NCBI GenBank assembly: GCA_044451405.1
Contig: JBIOKB010000010.1
Span: 1-28,703 of the forward strand
Source: Candidatus Babeliales bacterium
GTDB taxonomy: Bacteria; Babelota; Babeliae; Babelales; Vermiphilaceae
Direction: 5' to 3'
DNA length: 28,703 nucleotides
Within the stretch, counting starts at the first letter, position 1; the number at the start of each line of letters is the position of its first letter. The position numbers and the translations under genes were made by a program. The notes under the pieces are model-generated. The model made no database searches. It saw only the letters and a program-made list of their open reading frames with translations, and was not told the origin of the DNA. This document shows positions 8,984 through 17,341 of the stretch, piece after piece.

Positions 8984-9865
8984 TGGTCTTTGTGAATCAG
9001 CTGTCTGTACCGCAGAAACAGGCTTATCTTTAGACGCTTTCGATTTTTGAGCTTCTTCAAATTTACGTGTTAAATCGTGATCTGCTTTAGTTCCATAACG
9101 CTCTCTGTGAGTTAATTTATCTCGTGATCTTGCAGCCATTTCTTCGAGCATCTCTATATCTGGTTTATCTTTACCTGATGCATCTGTCCACTCGTGTTTA
9201 CTTGCTCCAGGTACTCTATTGATTTGAATACCCAATGCTTCACGTGCTCTACCACGTCTAAACACTCTACCTTCATACACAGGCTCTATACCCTTATCAG
9301 CCGCCATAATTTGGTTTTTGATAAGACGAATATCAGCATCACTAACATTATGACTCACGTGTATATCTTCATGAGTACTGATAGGCAATGCAAGAGCTAG
9401 TTTTTTAAGAGGTGACGTTATCCACAAACTCTTATCTACTGCTATATGTTCGATTACGAGATGACCATCTTTTGTATCATACATTACACATGCCAAGGGA
9501 TTATCATTACTTTCTCCCTTGTTCTTCACTATCTCAATATTATACGTAGAAGAGTTTTTGATAGAGGTAGCTATGTCTCCTGCTGATGTTTTAGTTAATG
9601 CAGCCAATCGCTTACTTAACCCATCAGAAAGTGTCTCCCGTGGAGTTATAGATAAATATCTAAGTTGTGCGTTTTTTTGTTTGTACTGCAGCATTAATAA
9701 TGCTGCTGCAAATGCCGCTATCCCCGCAACAATCGCTGTACTTGTTTTCTGATTCCCCTTAATCCAATTCCACACATTTGGAAATTGAAACGCGTGTGCT
9801 GCTTGATTTGCAGCCAATGACATTACGCACACAAGTGCGATTTTTTTGTATACAGAATTCATCAT
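8951..9865 (-). CDS. Hypothetical signal-peptide plus TM protein with a possible degenerate GNAT-like segment
   Basis: AAAGGGA RBS before ATG 9865. Signal peptide ending AAHA, second hydrophobic helix AIVAGIAAFAAALLML, and the segment LACVMY...LVIEHIAVDKSLW. Confidence 0.7.
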   Translation of the reverse strand: MMNSVYKKIALVCVMSLAANQAAHAFQFPNVWNWIKGNQKTSTAIVAGIAAFAAALLMLQYKQKNAQLRYLSITPRETLSDGLSKRLAALTKTSAGDIATSIKNSSTYNIEIVKNKGESNDNPLACVMYDTKDGHLVIEHIAVDKSLWITSPLKKLALALPISTHEDIHVSHNVSDADIRLIKNQIMAADKGIEPVYEGRVFRRGRAREALGIQINRVPGASKHEWTDASGKDKPDIEMLEEMAARSRDKLTHRERYGTKADHDLTRKFEEAQKSKASKDKPVSAVQTADSQRPSWTYDHMDIL

Positions 9866-9998
9866 AATTCCCTTTACCCCTAATGGTGTGCTATGCACAC
9901 TTTGAATTAAATAAAAATACCTTATTTTAAACACTTTTCTTAGTGTATTACAGCTAGAAAAATAATCAACTGGTGAAGCAATAACACGATCAGACCCC

Positions 9999-10613
9999 TT
10001 ATCCCTGCCAATCCACCTTTTTAATCGCATAGTGAATAAACCCATCCTCCAGGTCCCGGCCGGTCTCTACAAACCCAATACGGATATAGAGCTTCTGGGC
10101 TGAGGTATTATCCACCCGAGTTACCAAGCGGACTACCGTAGCCCCCCGGTTGTTAAAAAAGTCGTTTATAGCGTATTTAATGAGTGGTTCCCCATAGCGT
10201 TTGCCCCTAAAATCAGGGTTGATGGCTAAAAAGAGGATTTTCCCTTCATAGAAGTTGAGCATGTAATAGGTAATAAAGCCTATGAGCGTATCATGCTCCC
10301 GAAGCACTTTAATACTCATTTTGCCATAGTATCTCGGTTCATACTCGTTAGGTGAATGAGTTTTGAGCACAAAATCGATATTCTCGGGAATATATTCTCG
10401 GTTACTTAACCAGTACCAATCATCTTTAAAAATTTTTTTTACTGCATCTGCATCACGCGCTTCATTAAAATCACAAATAGGACCTGTTTCACGCGCATGC
10501 GTAGCATAATATGCAAGACCTGCACCAACCATGATGGAAACAACGGCGAGTGCTGCTTTAATCCGTGACATCGATCTGTTTTGCATAATCATAGAGTAGT
10601 ATCCTTTAGGCAT
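9999..10613 (-). CDS. GNAT (RimI-like) N-acetyltransferase with an N-terminal signal/anchor
   Basis: LAINPDFRGKRYG acetyl-CoA motif A and NTSAQKLYIRIGF motif B. Hydrophobic N-terminal helix. ATG overlaps the truA stop. Confidence 0.9.
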   Translation of the reverse strand: MPKGYYSMIMQNRSMSRIKAALAVVSIMVGAGLAYYATHARETGPICDFNEARDADAVKKIFKDDWYWLSNREYIPENIDFVLKTHSPNEYEPRYYGKMSIKVLREHDTLIGFITYYMLNFYEGKILFLAINPDFRGKRYGEPLIKYAINDFFNNRGATVVRLVTRVDNTSAQKLYIRIGFVETGRDLEDGFIHYAIKKVDWQG

Positions 10614-11356
10614 TACAATAAATTAACTTTATATAATACAAGACCGTGCGCTGGTGCATTTGTCAAGGTTTGATGCGGTTGCAATTGAGTAAGTACATCA
10701 CGCAATAGCTGTGGCGTTATCATTGGGTGTGATGCTGCATCAAGGCTTGCGCCCACAATGCGCCGCACCATATGGTGTAAAAATTTCTTACCGATCACTT
10801 TAATTTGATACACGTTATAGCGCTTGAGATAGGTTAGATTAATAGCATCGATGGTTCTGATAGTATCATCACCACGCTCATCACCCGTTGAGAATGAGCG
10901 AAAATTGTGCGTGCCAACAAATACAGAAAGTGCTTGTTGTAAGCGATCAAGGCAGACAGTTTTGTGATAATACCAGCCATAGTTGCTTACCCACGGGAGC
11001 GGCCGCTCGAGAAAAAAATGATAGAGGTAAATTTTTTCAGATACTTCATGCAACCGAAACAGATCTTTATCAACTTCTTGCAAAGAACGGATAAGAATAG
11101 TACCGGGAAGCGCATTATTCCATGCATGCATAATACGATGTGCATCAGCAAAAGGATCACAATCAAAACTTGCAATTTGACCCAGTGCATGTACACCAGC
11201 ATCGGTACGGGAAACCGCTCGCATAGAAATAGATTTTCCAAACACACGCGCAAAGGTATGCTCTAAAACGCCAGCAACGGTTGGTAACCCTTCTTGGACT
11301 TGCCATCCATGATAAGGGGTACCATCATATGCAATTAAAGTCTTATAGCGCGTCAT
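10613..11356 (-). CDS. truA: tRNA pseudouridine(38-40) synthase TruA
   Basis: IAYDGTPYHGWQVQ, SRTDAGVHALGQ, GTHNFRSF, FLHHMVRRIVG and APAHGLVL. Confidence 0.96.
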   Translation of the reverse strand: MTRYKTLIAYDGTPYHGWQVQEGLPTVAGVLEHTFARVFGKSISMRAVSRTDAGVHALGQIASFDCDPFADAHRIMHAWNNALPGTILIRSLQEVDKDLFRLHEVSEKIYLYHFFLERPLPWVSNYGWYYHKTVCLDRLQQALSVFVGTHNFRSFSTGDERGDDTIRTIDAINLTYLKRYNVYQIKVIGKKFLHHMVRRIVGASLDAASHPMITPQLLRDVLTQLQPHQTLTNAPAHGLVLYKVNLL

Positions 11357-11367
11357 GGGTATGCTTA

Positions 11368-13167
11368 TTATTTAGCAGTACCAACACCACGGAGTGTGTA
11401 TTTACGCAGACGAATGTGTTGTGGGGTCACTTCAATAACCTCATCAGGGCGAATCCATTCAATACAGCGCTCAAAATCCATAAGACGTGGCGGAGATAAT
11501 TTAATAGCATCATCAGTTCCTGATGCACGCATGTTAGTTAATTTTTTACCTTTGCATGGATTAACTTCCATATCATGATCACGACTATTTTCACCAACAA
11601 TCATGCCTTTATATACTTCATCACCCGGTTTTACAAAGAGCGTTCCCCGTTCTTGTAAGTTATCAAGCGCATATCCAGTAACTGAGCCGCCTTCCATAGA
11701 AACCATGGCACCTTTAGTGCGGGTCGGAATATCGCCTTTGTATGGTTGATAGCTGTGGAAGTTCATGTTTGCAATACCCGTCCCCCGTGTATCACTCAAA
11801 AATTGGCTTCTAAAGCCTAGAAGTGAACGGGACGGCACTTCAAATTCTAAACGTAACCGGCCATCAGCATACGGAGATAAATTTTTCATTTCCGCTTTAC
11901 GTTTACCAACATTTTCCATAACAACACCTTGGTATTCAGACGGAATATCGATAACTAAATATTCAATAGGTTCATACTGCGTACCATTGATAGTTTTATA
12001 AATAACCTGTGGTGCTGAAATTTGCATTTCAAAACCTTCACGGCGCATTGTTTCAACAAGGACGCCAATGTGCAATTGACCACGCCCAGATACTTTAAAT
12101 ACATCGGCTGAATCGGTCATTTCAACTTTTAATGCAACGTTTGTTTTTAACTCTTTTTCAAGACGGTCTCGAATTTGTCGCGATGTTAATAATTTTCCAT
12201 CACGTCCATTAAACGGTGAATCGTTAACCGCTAAATACACAGACAATGTTGGTTCATCAATTTTAACATATGAATGTGGTAATGAGTAACCAACTTCACA
12301 GAGCGTCGTGTTGATAGTAACGGGCTCATCGAACCCAGCAATAGCAACAATATCACCAAACGATGCTTCTTGTGTTTCTATCCGCTCAAGCCCTTGGAAT
12401 TTGTAAATTTTAGTAACCTTCATTGGCTTGCTGACATAGTCATCTTTGCAGCAGATAAACGATTGGCCAAATTTTATTGAACCACTAAATACACGGCCTA
12501 CCGCTATGATACCTAAGAAATCTGAGCGATCTAAGTTGGTGGTTAAAAATTGTAAATGTTCTTCTTGTTCAACCGGTGCTGGCACCATATCAATAATCGC
12601 AGCAAATAATGGCTTTAAGTCACCTGAACGCAGTGATGAATCCATTGATGCATAACCACCGCGTGATGAAGCATAGAGCACAGGAAAATCAAGTTGATCC
12701 GAATTTGCCGCTAAATCTAAAAAGAGATCGTGAATCGCATTTTCAGTACGTTCAATATCAGCGTCTTTACGATCAACTTTATTAATTACCACAATTGGTT
12801 TTAAATTAAGCTGCAATGCTTTACGAAGCACAAATCGAGTGCCGGGAAGAACCCCTTCAGCCGCATCAACAAGTAACAGGAATCCTTCAACCATTTGCAA
12901 GGTACGTTCTACTTCGCCACCAAAATCTGCGTGTCCAGGAGTATCAACAATGTTAATGATAAATTCACCGTACGTAATACCGGTATTTTTTGCTAAAATA
13001 GTAATCCCGCGTTCACGCTCTAGATCATTTGAGTCCATAACACGATCAGCACCTTCTGCTTTAATCGTCCCTGATTGACGCAGCAACTGATCAACCATGG
13101 TTGTTTTTCCATGGTCTACGTGAGCGATAATGGCAATATTTCTAATATTTGAACGTGTTTTATTCAT
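11368..13167 (-). CDS. typA: Translational GTPase TypA/BipA
   Basis: RNIAIIAHVDHGKTT, ERERGITILAKN, DTPGHADFGGEVER, NKVD and C-terminal EVTPQHIRLRK. Confidence 0.98.
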   Translation of the reverse strand: MNKTRSNIRNIAIIAHVDHGKTTMVDQLLRQSGTIKAEGADRVMDSNDLERERGITILAKNTGITYGEFIINIVDTPGHADFGGEVERTLQMVEGFLLLVDAAEGVLPGTRFVLRKALQLNLKPIVVINKVDRKDADIERTENAIHDLFLDLAANSDQLDFPVLYASSRGGYASMDSSLRSGDLKPLFAAIIDMVPAPVEQEEHLQFLTTNLDRSDFLGIIAVGRVFSGSIKFGQSFICCKDDYVSKPMKVTKIYKFQGLERIETQEASFGDIVAIAGFDEPVTINTTLCEVGYSLPHSYVKIDEPTLSVYLAVNDSPFNGRDGKLLTSRQIRDRLEKELKTNVALKVEMTDSADVFKVSGRGQLHIGVLVETMRREGFEMQISAPQVIYKTINGTQYEPIEYLVIDIPSEYQGVVMENVGKRKAEMKNLSPYADGRLRLEFEVPSRSLLGFRSQFLSDTRGTGIANMNFHSYQPYKGDIPTRTKGAMVSMEGGSVTGYALDNLQERGTLFVKPGDEVYKGMIVGENSRDHDMEVNPCKGKKLTNMRASGTDDAIKLSPPRLMDFERCIEWIRPDEVIEVTPQHIRLRKYTLRGVGTAK

Positions 13168-13193
13168 GGATTCCTATTCTTCTTATTTAAACT

Positions 13194-13535
13194 TTACTGA
13201 GCATTCAACTTTTTATAAAACTGCTCAAATTTTTCACCAAATTCACGAAGTTCTTGAGTAATATTATCAGGCAATATTACCTCTTGATTCATCAAGTCAT
13301 CTATGTGCGCTAAATGCTCTTTTAAATCTTTTTCTAACTCTTCTTTTTTAAAGGTGACTTTTTCTCCTTTAATCAAAAGAGTCGTCGGTATTTTTTGCGT
13401 AAGCACAACCTTTATACATAGTGCCGTTTTAACACATTCTTCTAATTCTTGTTGTTGAAGCATAAGATCAGCTCCCCATGCACAACCAGAAACACTGATC
13501 ATCAAACTGAACAATACTGCGTATAATTTATTCAT
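13194..13535 (-). CDS. Hypothetical exported helical protein (113 aa)
   Basis: MNKLYAVLFSLMISVSGCAWG signal peptide followed by a charged helical remainder. Confidence 0.7.
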   Translation of the reverse strand: MNKLYAVLFSLMISVSGCAWGADLMLQQQELEECVKTALCIKVVLTQKIPTTLLIKGEKVTFKKEELEKDLKEHLAHIDDLMNQEVILPDNITQELREFGEKFEQFYKKLNAQ

Positions 13536-13562
13536 AAATAACTCTTGTATAAAACGTGTTGT

Positions 13563-13597
13563 AAAAAGGAGCCCGTATGAAACATTCCATACGGGCT
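13563..13597 (-). terminator. Intrinsic terminator after rpsF-rpsR-orf
   Basis: 10-bp stem AGCCCGTATG (13570-13579) / CATACGGGCT (13588-13597), followed on the minus strand by CCTTTTT. Confidence 0.75.
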
Positions 13598-13639
13598 ATA
13601 GTTTCTTGCTATGTACCCAAGTACGAGCTATCGCATTTT

Positions 13640-13996
13640 TTACTGCGAACCATTTTTGTGTTCACCATCAAGAGCTTTAGCTTTTTCTTGAGCCCTTTGC
13701 TCTTCTAATTGCCTAAAACGCGGGTCTTCAGAAGCTATTATCGCAAGCTTAGCCCAATATTCTGGTTCTAGACCACCCGGACATCCTGGCACTGAGCGTG
13801 GACTTGGAGAAAAGCGTGGTCGCGATGTACCTCTATCAGTATGCGATGGATTCGGGCTTTGCGGCGGTGTACTTGCAGGCGATCCGCTACTAGGGAAAAT
13901 AACCACTTCAGCTTCAACACCCTTTTCCATACCATACAATCCAGCACCACTTACTATTCCAGCTGCAATCATACTACTACAGAAAAGAGTCTTCAT
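13640..13996 (-). CDS. Hypothetical secreted Ser/Pro-rich protein (118 aa)
   Basis: Signal peptide ending LYG|ME and a disordered SP/TP-rich core. Starts 3 nt after the rpsR stop. Confidence 0.7.
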   Translation of the reverse strand: MKTLFCSSMIAAGIVSGAGLYGMEKGVEAEVVIFPSSGSPASTPPQSPNPSHTDRGTSRPRFSPSPRSVPGCPGGLEPEYWAKLAIIASEDPRFRQLEEQRAQEKAKALDGEHKNGSQ

Positions 13997-13999
13997 AGG

Positions 14000-14287
14000 T
14001 TATCCTCGTGTGGCTACATAGGGTAATAAAGCCATCGTACGCGCACGTCTGATCATTTCAGACAGCTTGCGTTGATGCAAACAACAATTTCCTGAGATAC
14101 GTGAAGGTAAAATTTTACCGCGCTCAGTTAAAAAGACGCGCAAAAATGAAGCGTTTTTGTAATCGATGTTACGTTCTTGTGATGGCACGCCACAAAAGCG
14201 GCAATGCTTTTTGCCCCCTGCTCCCTGCTTACGGAATCTTTTTTTAACAAGACGGGCACTAATTTTTAATTTGATTTTCTTAGTCAT
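14000..14287 (-). CDS. rpsR: 30S ribosomal protein S18 (Zn-binding Cys form)
   Basis: CRFC...IDYKN...[18 protein letters not shown]...[10 protein letters not shown]. Confidence 0.97.
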   Translation of the reverse strand: MTKKIKLKISARLVKKRFRKQGAGGKKHCRFCGVPSQERNIDYKNASFLRVFLTERGKILPSRISGNCCLHQRKLSEMIRRARTMALLPYVATRG

Positions 14288-14289
14288 GA

Positions 14290-14748
14290 TTATGCTTCCT
14301 CTTCAACTGATTCATCGTCACTTTCAACATCCTTGGCACCCCGCTGGAACCCACCACGCGCATCACCGCGCTCTTTTGAAAATGGGCTTGCTTCTTTAGC
14401 TGGTGCTTCTTCAACAGAAAGCGGTCGCTCATATTCCAATGATTGGTTTTTATCCAACACGATAATCATGTGACGCATAACCACATCATTAAACTTGATG
14501 GCAAACAGACTTTTCAATTCTTCAAGGACCGGAGCCGACGCTTGCGCTGTTTCAAAACGAGCAAGGAAATATATCCCATAATCATTCTTTTTAATCGGAT
14601 AGGAAAGCCGGTACTTACCCCATTTATCAAATGAGATAGTAGATGCTTTTGCAGTCTTTACAACGCTGTCAAAATCGGTCTCAAGACGTTTGATTTCATC
14701 TTGAGTTATTTCAGGAACGGCAAGCACTAATGCTTCGTAACGAACCAT
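14290..14748 (-). CDS. rpsF: 30S ribosomal protein S6
   Basis: [24 protein letters not shown] and an acidic tail; AAGGAG RBS; lies upstream of rpsR. Confidence 0.96.
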   Translation of the reverse strand: MVRYEALVLAVPEITQDEIKRLETDFDSVVKTAKASTISFDKWGKYRLSYPIKKNDYGIYFLARFETAQASAPVLEELKSLFAIKFNDVVMRHMIIVLDKNQSLEYERPLSVEEAPAKEASPFSKERGDARGGFQRGAKDVESDDESVEEEA

Positions 14749-14754
14749 AGTTGA

Positions 14755-14880
14755 GAAACTCCTTAACAGGTGGAACTAATCGGAAGTGTTTTTAAACACT
14801 ATAACGGCGCACTATGCCCGTTATTTAGCTGACCCATAACCAATGAAATTGGCGATGGCATAGAAATACATTTCTATAGA
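14755..14880 (-). promoter_or_regulatory. Structured 5' leader of rpsF (candidate S6:S18 autoregulatory element)
   Basis: Successive hairpins at 14860-14877, 14834-14858, 14801-14824 and 14785-14800, with an unpaired CCG about 20 nt upstream of the SD. Confidence 0.45.
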
Positions 14881-14885
14881 AAACA

Positions 14886-14926
14886 AATATAGCAGAAAAG
14901 CCAGGGTTTACCAGCTTTTCTGCTAT
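14886..14926 (-). promoter_or_regulatory. 13-bp inverted repeat (terminator-like) overlapping an extended -10 for rpsF
   Basis: ATAGCAGAAAAGC (14889-14901) / GCTTTTCTGCTAT (14914-14926) is followed by a T-rich tract on the minus strand. TGcTATATT lies at 14894-14886. Confidence 0.55.
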
Positions 14927-14983
14927 GTAATTTATAGCTGTTTTAGCGGTTTTTACGCTAGCCCATCCTGGTGTGCATGCGCA

Positions 14984-15039
14984 CACTTCTTTGCTCTTAC
15001 TTCGAAGTAAAACCTCAGGAAGTGTTAAGCTTCGGAGGG
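14984..15039. repeat. Intergenic REP-like palindromic element related to mutL insert A
   Basis: Arms CACTTCTTTGCT and AGCTTCGGAGGG each match 9/12 to the arms of 22732-22779. Internal perfect palindrome TTACTTCGAAGTAA at 14997-15010. Confidence 0.5.
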
Positions 15040-15075
15040 TTACGCCGCAAAGAGACTGAATAAGTGCAAGCTCTG

Positions 15076-15756
15076 TTACGCTAAGCGTTGTTGGCGTTGG
15101 ATAACGCGGCCGATAATTCTAAAATGATCTTTACCACGTACGAGTGCTATTGGAGGTTGCTTATGGTTAACCGATTCAAGCACAATAAAATCTTCAGTAT
15201 AGGTAACCTGCATAATAGCCTTAATTGCCGTATCGTTACCATATTCTACTGCTGCGATATCACCTGAACGGGTCCACACTTCAGGAGAGATAATTAAGTA
15301 ATCCCCTTTTACAAAAGTTGGCGCCATAAGGTTATTTTCTACACACAGTGCAAACATAGAACCATCATTACTATTTAATGCTGGAACAAATATATCTTTG
15401 TAACCGGTAGTAATTTGCATCAATTGGTTATTATATGGTGATGGATTAGAGGGAATTTCTCCGACAACCGGCACAATTTGAACCTTTAAATCAACGTCTG
15501 ATTTTTCTGGCATGCTAACATTGCTATCAATATTATCAGTACGTTGACGACGTTGTGCAAATAAATCGATGGGGCTCAATTCAAAGGCGTTTGCCAATTT
15601 TCTTAATGAATCTTCATTCCAACGACGAGTTCCATTTTTAATATGGGTCAAATAGCTTTCTGACATACCCGTTTTTTCCGCTAAAACCTTCGTGGTCCAG
15701 CCTTTTTCTCGTAATAATTCTTTAACGCGCAATGCGGTTGAAGGTGATAGTGACAT
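15076..15756 (-). CDS. XRE-family HTH regulator with a C-terminal S24-like (LexA/CI-type) domain
   Basis: N-terminal HTH (LAEKTGMSESYLTHIKNGTRR). C-terminal VPVVGEI...FALCV...MAPTFVKGDYLIISP...LESVN...IIGRVI. Confidence 0.9.
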   Translation of the reverse strand: MSLSPSTALRVKELLREKGWTTKVLAEKTGMSESYLTHIKNGTRRWNEDSLRKLANAFELSPIDLFAQRRQRTDNIDSNVSMPEKSDVDLKVQIVPVVGEIPSNPSPYNNQLMQITTGYKDIFVPALNSNDGSMFALCVENNLMAPTFVKGDYLIISPEVWTRSGDIAAVEYGNDTAIKAIMQVTYTEDFIVLESVNHKQPPIALVRGKDHFRIIGRVIQRQQRLA

Positions 15757-15812
15757 AGAGAGCTCCTCTTGGTATCTTACCTAGTAAGGTTAAAATTACT
15801 GCCTTATTTCTA

Positions 15813-15840
15813 ATTGTACTCATATCCACTTTCATGTCAA
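15813..15840 (-). promoter_or_regulatory. Sigma70 promoter of the XRE gene
   Basis: Minus strand TTGACA (15840-15835), 16-bp spacer, TACAAT (15818-15813). Confidence 0.65.
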
Positions 15841-15850
15841 ATGGAAAAGA

Positions 15851-16570
15851 TTGTCGATGATTTTAGGCTCAAAACATGCAAATGTACAGGGAAAAATTAC
15901 CAAAAATCAGTTTGAGCTGGCCTCTTGGGCGCATAATAGGGTTATTTGTGGCCTGGATGAAGTAGGAAGAGGATGCCTGGCAGGTCCGGTAGTCACGGCA
16001 GCAGTTATCATGCCTCCCCATACAACAAGCCGCCTTTTAAAAGATTCAAAGCTCCTTACTGAACCTGAACGGCTTAAGGCCTATGCCTGGATTAAGCGCC
16101 ATTGCTGGTACGGAATTGGGGTCACTCATCATCGGCTCATTGATACTCTCAATATTCGCCAGGCTACCTTAGTAGCTATGAAACGGGCTCTTTTACATGC
16201 CTTAAGTGCATGCCCCCTTGAAGTTGCCTCTATTGTGGTTGATGCTCTACCCCTTAATCTTACCGATACCGGGTATTCCTCTATTCCAGTTCACTATTTC
16301 CCTGAAGCAGAGCGCAAATCATCCTCAGTTGCAGCCGCTTCTATTGTTGCTAAAATTCACCGAGACGCCCTGGTATCAACCTTAGATGCCATCATCCCCG
16401 GATATCAGTTTGCCAACCATAAGGGATATAGCACCCTGGAGCATATGACTTGTCTTGCCACTATCGGTCCCTCAATCGTACATCGCACCAGTTTTCTATC
16501 TGCTACTGTAATGCCCATAAACCCACAGGATCTTACCCATGAACACCAAGAACAACAAAGCATTTGCTGA
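15851..16570 (+). CDS. rnhB: Ribonuclease HII
   Basis: GLDEVGRGCLAGPV, KDSKLL, VAAASIVAKIHRD, HKGY and HRTSF. Start is TTG 15851 or ATG 15857. Confidence 0.95.
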   Translation: MSMILGSKHANVQGKITKNQFELASWAHNRVICGLDEVGRGCLAGPVVTAAVIMPPHTTSRLLKDSKLLTEPERLKAYAWIKRHCWYGIGVTHHRLIDTLNIRQATLVAMKRALLHALSACPLEVASIVVDALPLNLTDTGYSSIPVHYFPEAERKSSSVAAASIVAKIHRDALVSTLDAIIPGYQFANHKGYSTLEHMTCLATIGPSIVHRTSFLSATVMPINPQDLTHEHQEQQSIC

Positions 16571-17138
16571 AGTTATTGAAAGCTCATTAACCGGCTTTTT
16601 AGCACAAAGTTGGCAATGGGATCAATTTCCACGCTTTGGTTCATTAATTACCGTCACTACTTCTACACGTACGGTGATTGGTATTGTACATCAGATACAA
16701 ACAGGGTCCATGGATCCCATCCGTTACCCCTTTCCGTACCAAAAAACAGAAGAAGAGCTCCTGAATGAACAACCCCAAATATTTGAATTTCTTAAAACAA
16801 CCTTTTCTTGCTTAACCGTAGCCTATCTTGAAGATGGCACCATGCGCTATATGCTTGCTCCTGAACCGGTTAAAATTCATGCATTTGTAAGCCCTGCATC
16901 AGAGGACATCAGTAAACAGTTTTTTTATAACAATCAGTATCTTCATGTTCTGTTTGGCTTATCACACCAGATTTTTAATCTTGATGAGTTGTTGCTTGCC
17001 CTTATAAAACATCAGACAACACTCGGCACCATACCTGCTTCAAGAATTGCCCACTTTATGGAGACGTTTTCCTTGCTTACGGGTAATGATTACCGCAGAT
17101 TAAAACTCTTTTTGCAACGAGTAGAGCCACTCATTTAA
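16539..17138 (+). CDS. HAS-barrel-like domain protein (type usually found with HerA/NurA)
   Basis: FAEVIESSLTGFLAQ...PRFGSLI...GSMDPIR...EQPQIFEFLKTTF...DYRRLKLFL resembles stand-alone HAS-barrel proteins. Recognised by pattern, not by search. Confidence 0.7.
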   Translation: MNTKNNKAFAEVIESSLTGFLAQSWQWDQFPRFGSLITVTTSTRTVIGIVHQIQTGSMDPIRYPFPYQKTEEELLNEQPQIFEFLKTTFSCLTVAYLEDGTMRYMLAPEPVKIHAFVSPASEDISKQFFYNNQYLHVLFGLSHQIFNLDELLLALIKHQTTLGTIPASRIAHFMETFSLLTGNDYRRLKLFLQRVEPLI

Positions 17139-17144
17139 CCTGGC

Positions 17145-17317
17145 TATTTCAAAAATCGATCATTTTTTGAAATAAGGATCACGCTTATTTCAAAAAACAG
17201 GCAAATTTTGAAATAACAACCTGAGAAGTTCCTTCTTATTTCAAAAAACAGACAATTCTTGAAATAAGATGCCAAAAAAACTATTCTTATTTCAAAAAAC
17301 ACTGAATTCTTGAAATA
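17145..17317. repeat. Array of four 30-bp palindromes TATTTCAA-N14-TTGAAATA
   Basis: Copies at 17145-17174, 17186-17215, 17237-17266 and 17288-17317, with periods of 41, 51 and 51 bp. Confidence 0.95.
17259..17287 (+). promoter_or_regulatory. Candidate fic promoter embedded in the palindrome array
   Basis: TTGAAA (17259-17264), 17-bp spacer, TATTCT (17282-17287). Confidence 0.5.
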
Positions 17318-17341
17318 GCAACCTGAAAGGGGCAAAAAAAA

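Noticed and set aside
9999-10300. Locally higher GC at the GNAT 3' end as a sign of recent recombination
   Set aside because: Judged only by eye over a short stretch, with no boundaries or repeats to support it.
11396-13078. Several plus-strand ORFs inside typA, and similar ORFs inside the AGCS genes, truA, ftsY and mutL
   Set aside because: Antisense or alternate-frame shadows of well-conserved genes.
14940-15075. 6S RNA, tRNA or SRP RNA in the XRE-rpsF intergenic region
   Set aside because: Hairpins are present, but no cloverleaf, SRP loop or long 6S-like rod could be identified. It is better explained as a palindromic element plus terminator.
15076-15756. Prophage repressor marking a prophage
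   Set aside because: Flanked by core genes, with no integrase, structural or replication phage genes.
16300-16320. RNase HII fourth acidic residue reads EAE instead of KGD
   Set aside because: Conservative Asp-to-Glu change with the other motifs intact; not enough to claim altered function.
17145-17317. CRISPR array interpretation of the palindromic repeats
   Set aside because: Repeat centres vary, gaps are short and unequal (11/21/21 bp) and partly repeat each other, and there are no cas genes in the window.
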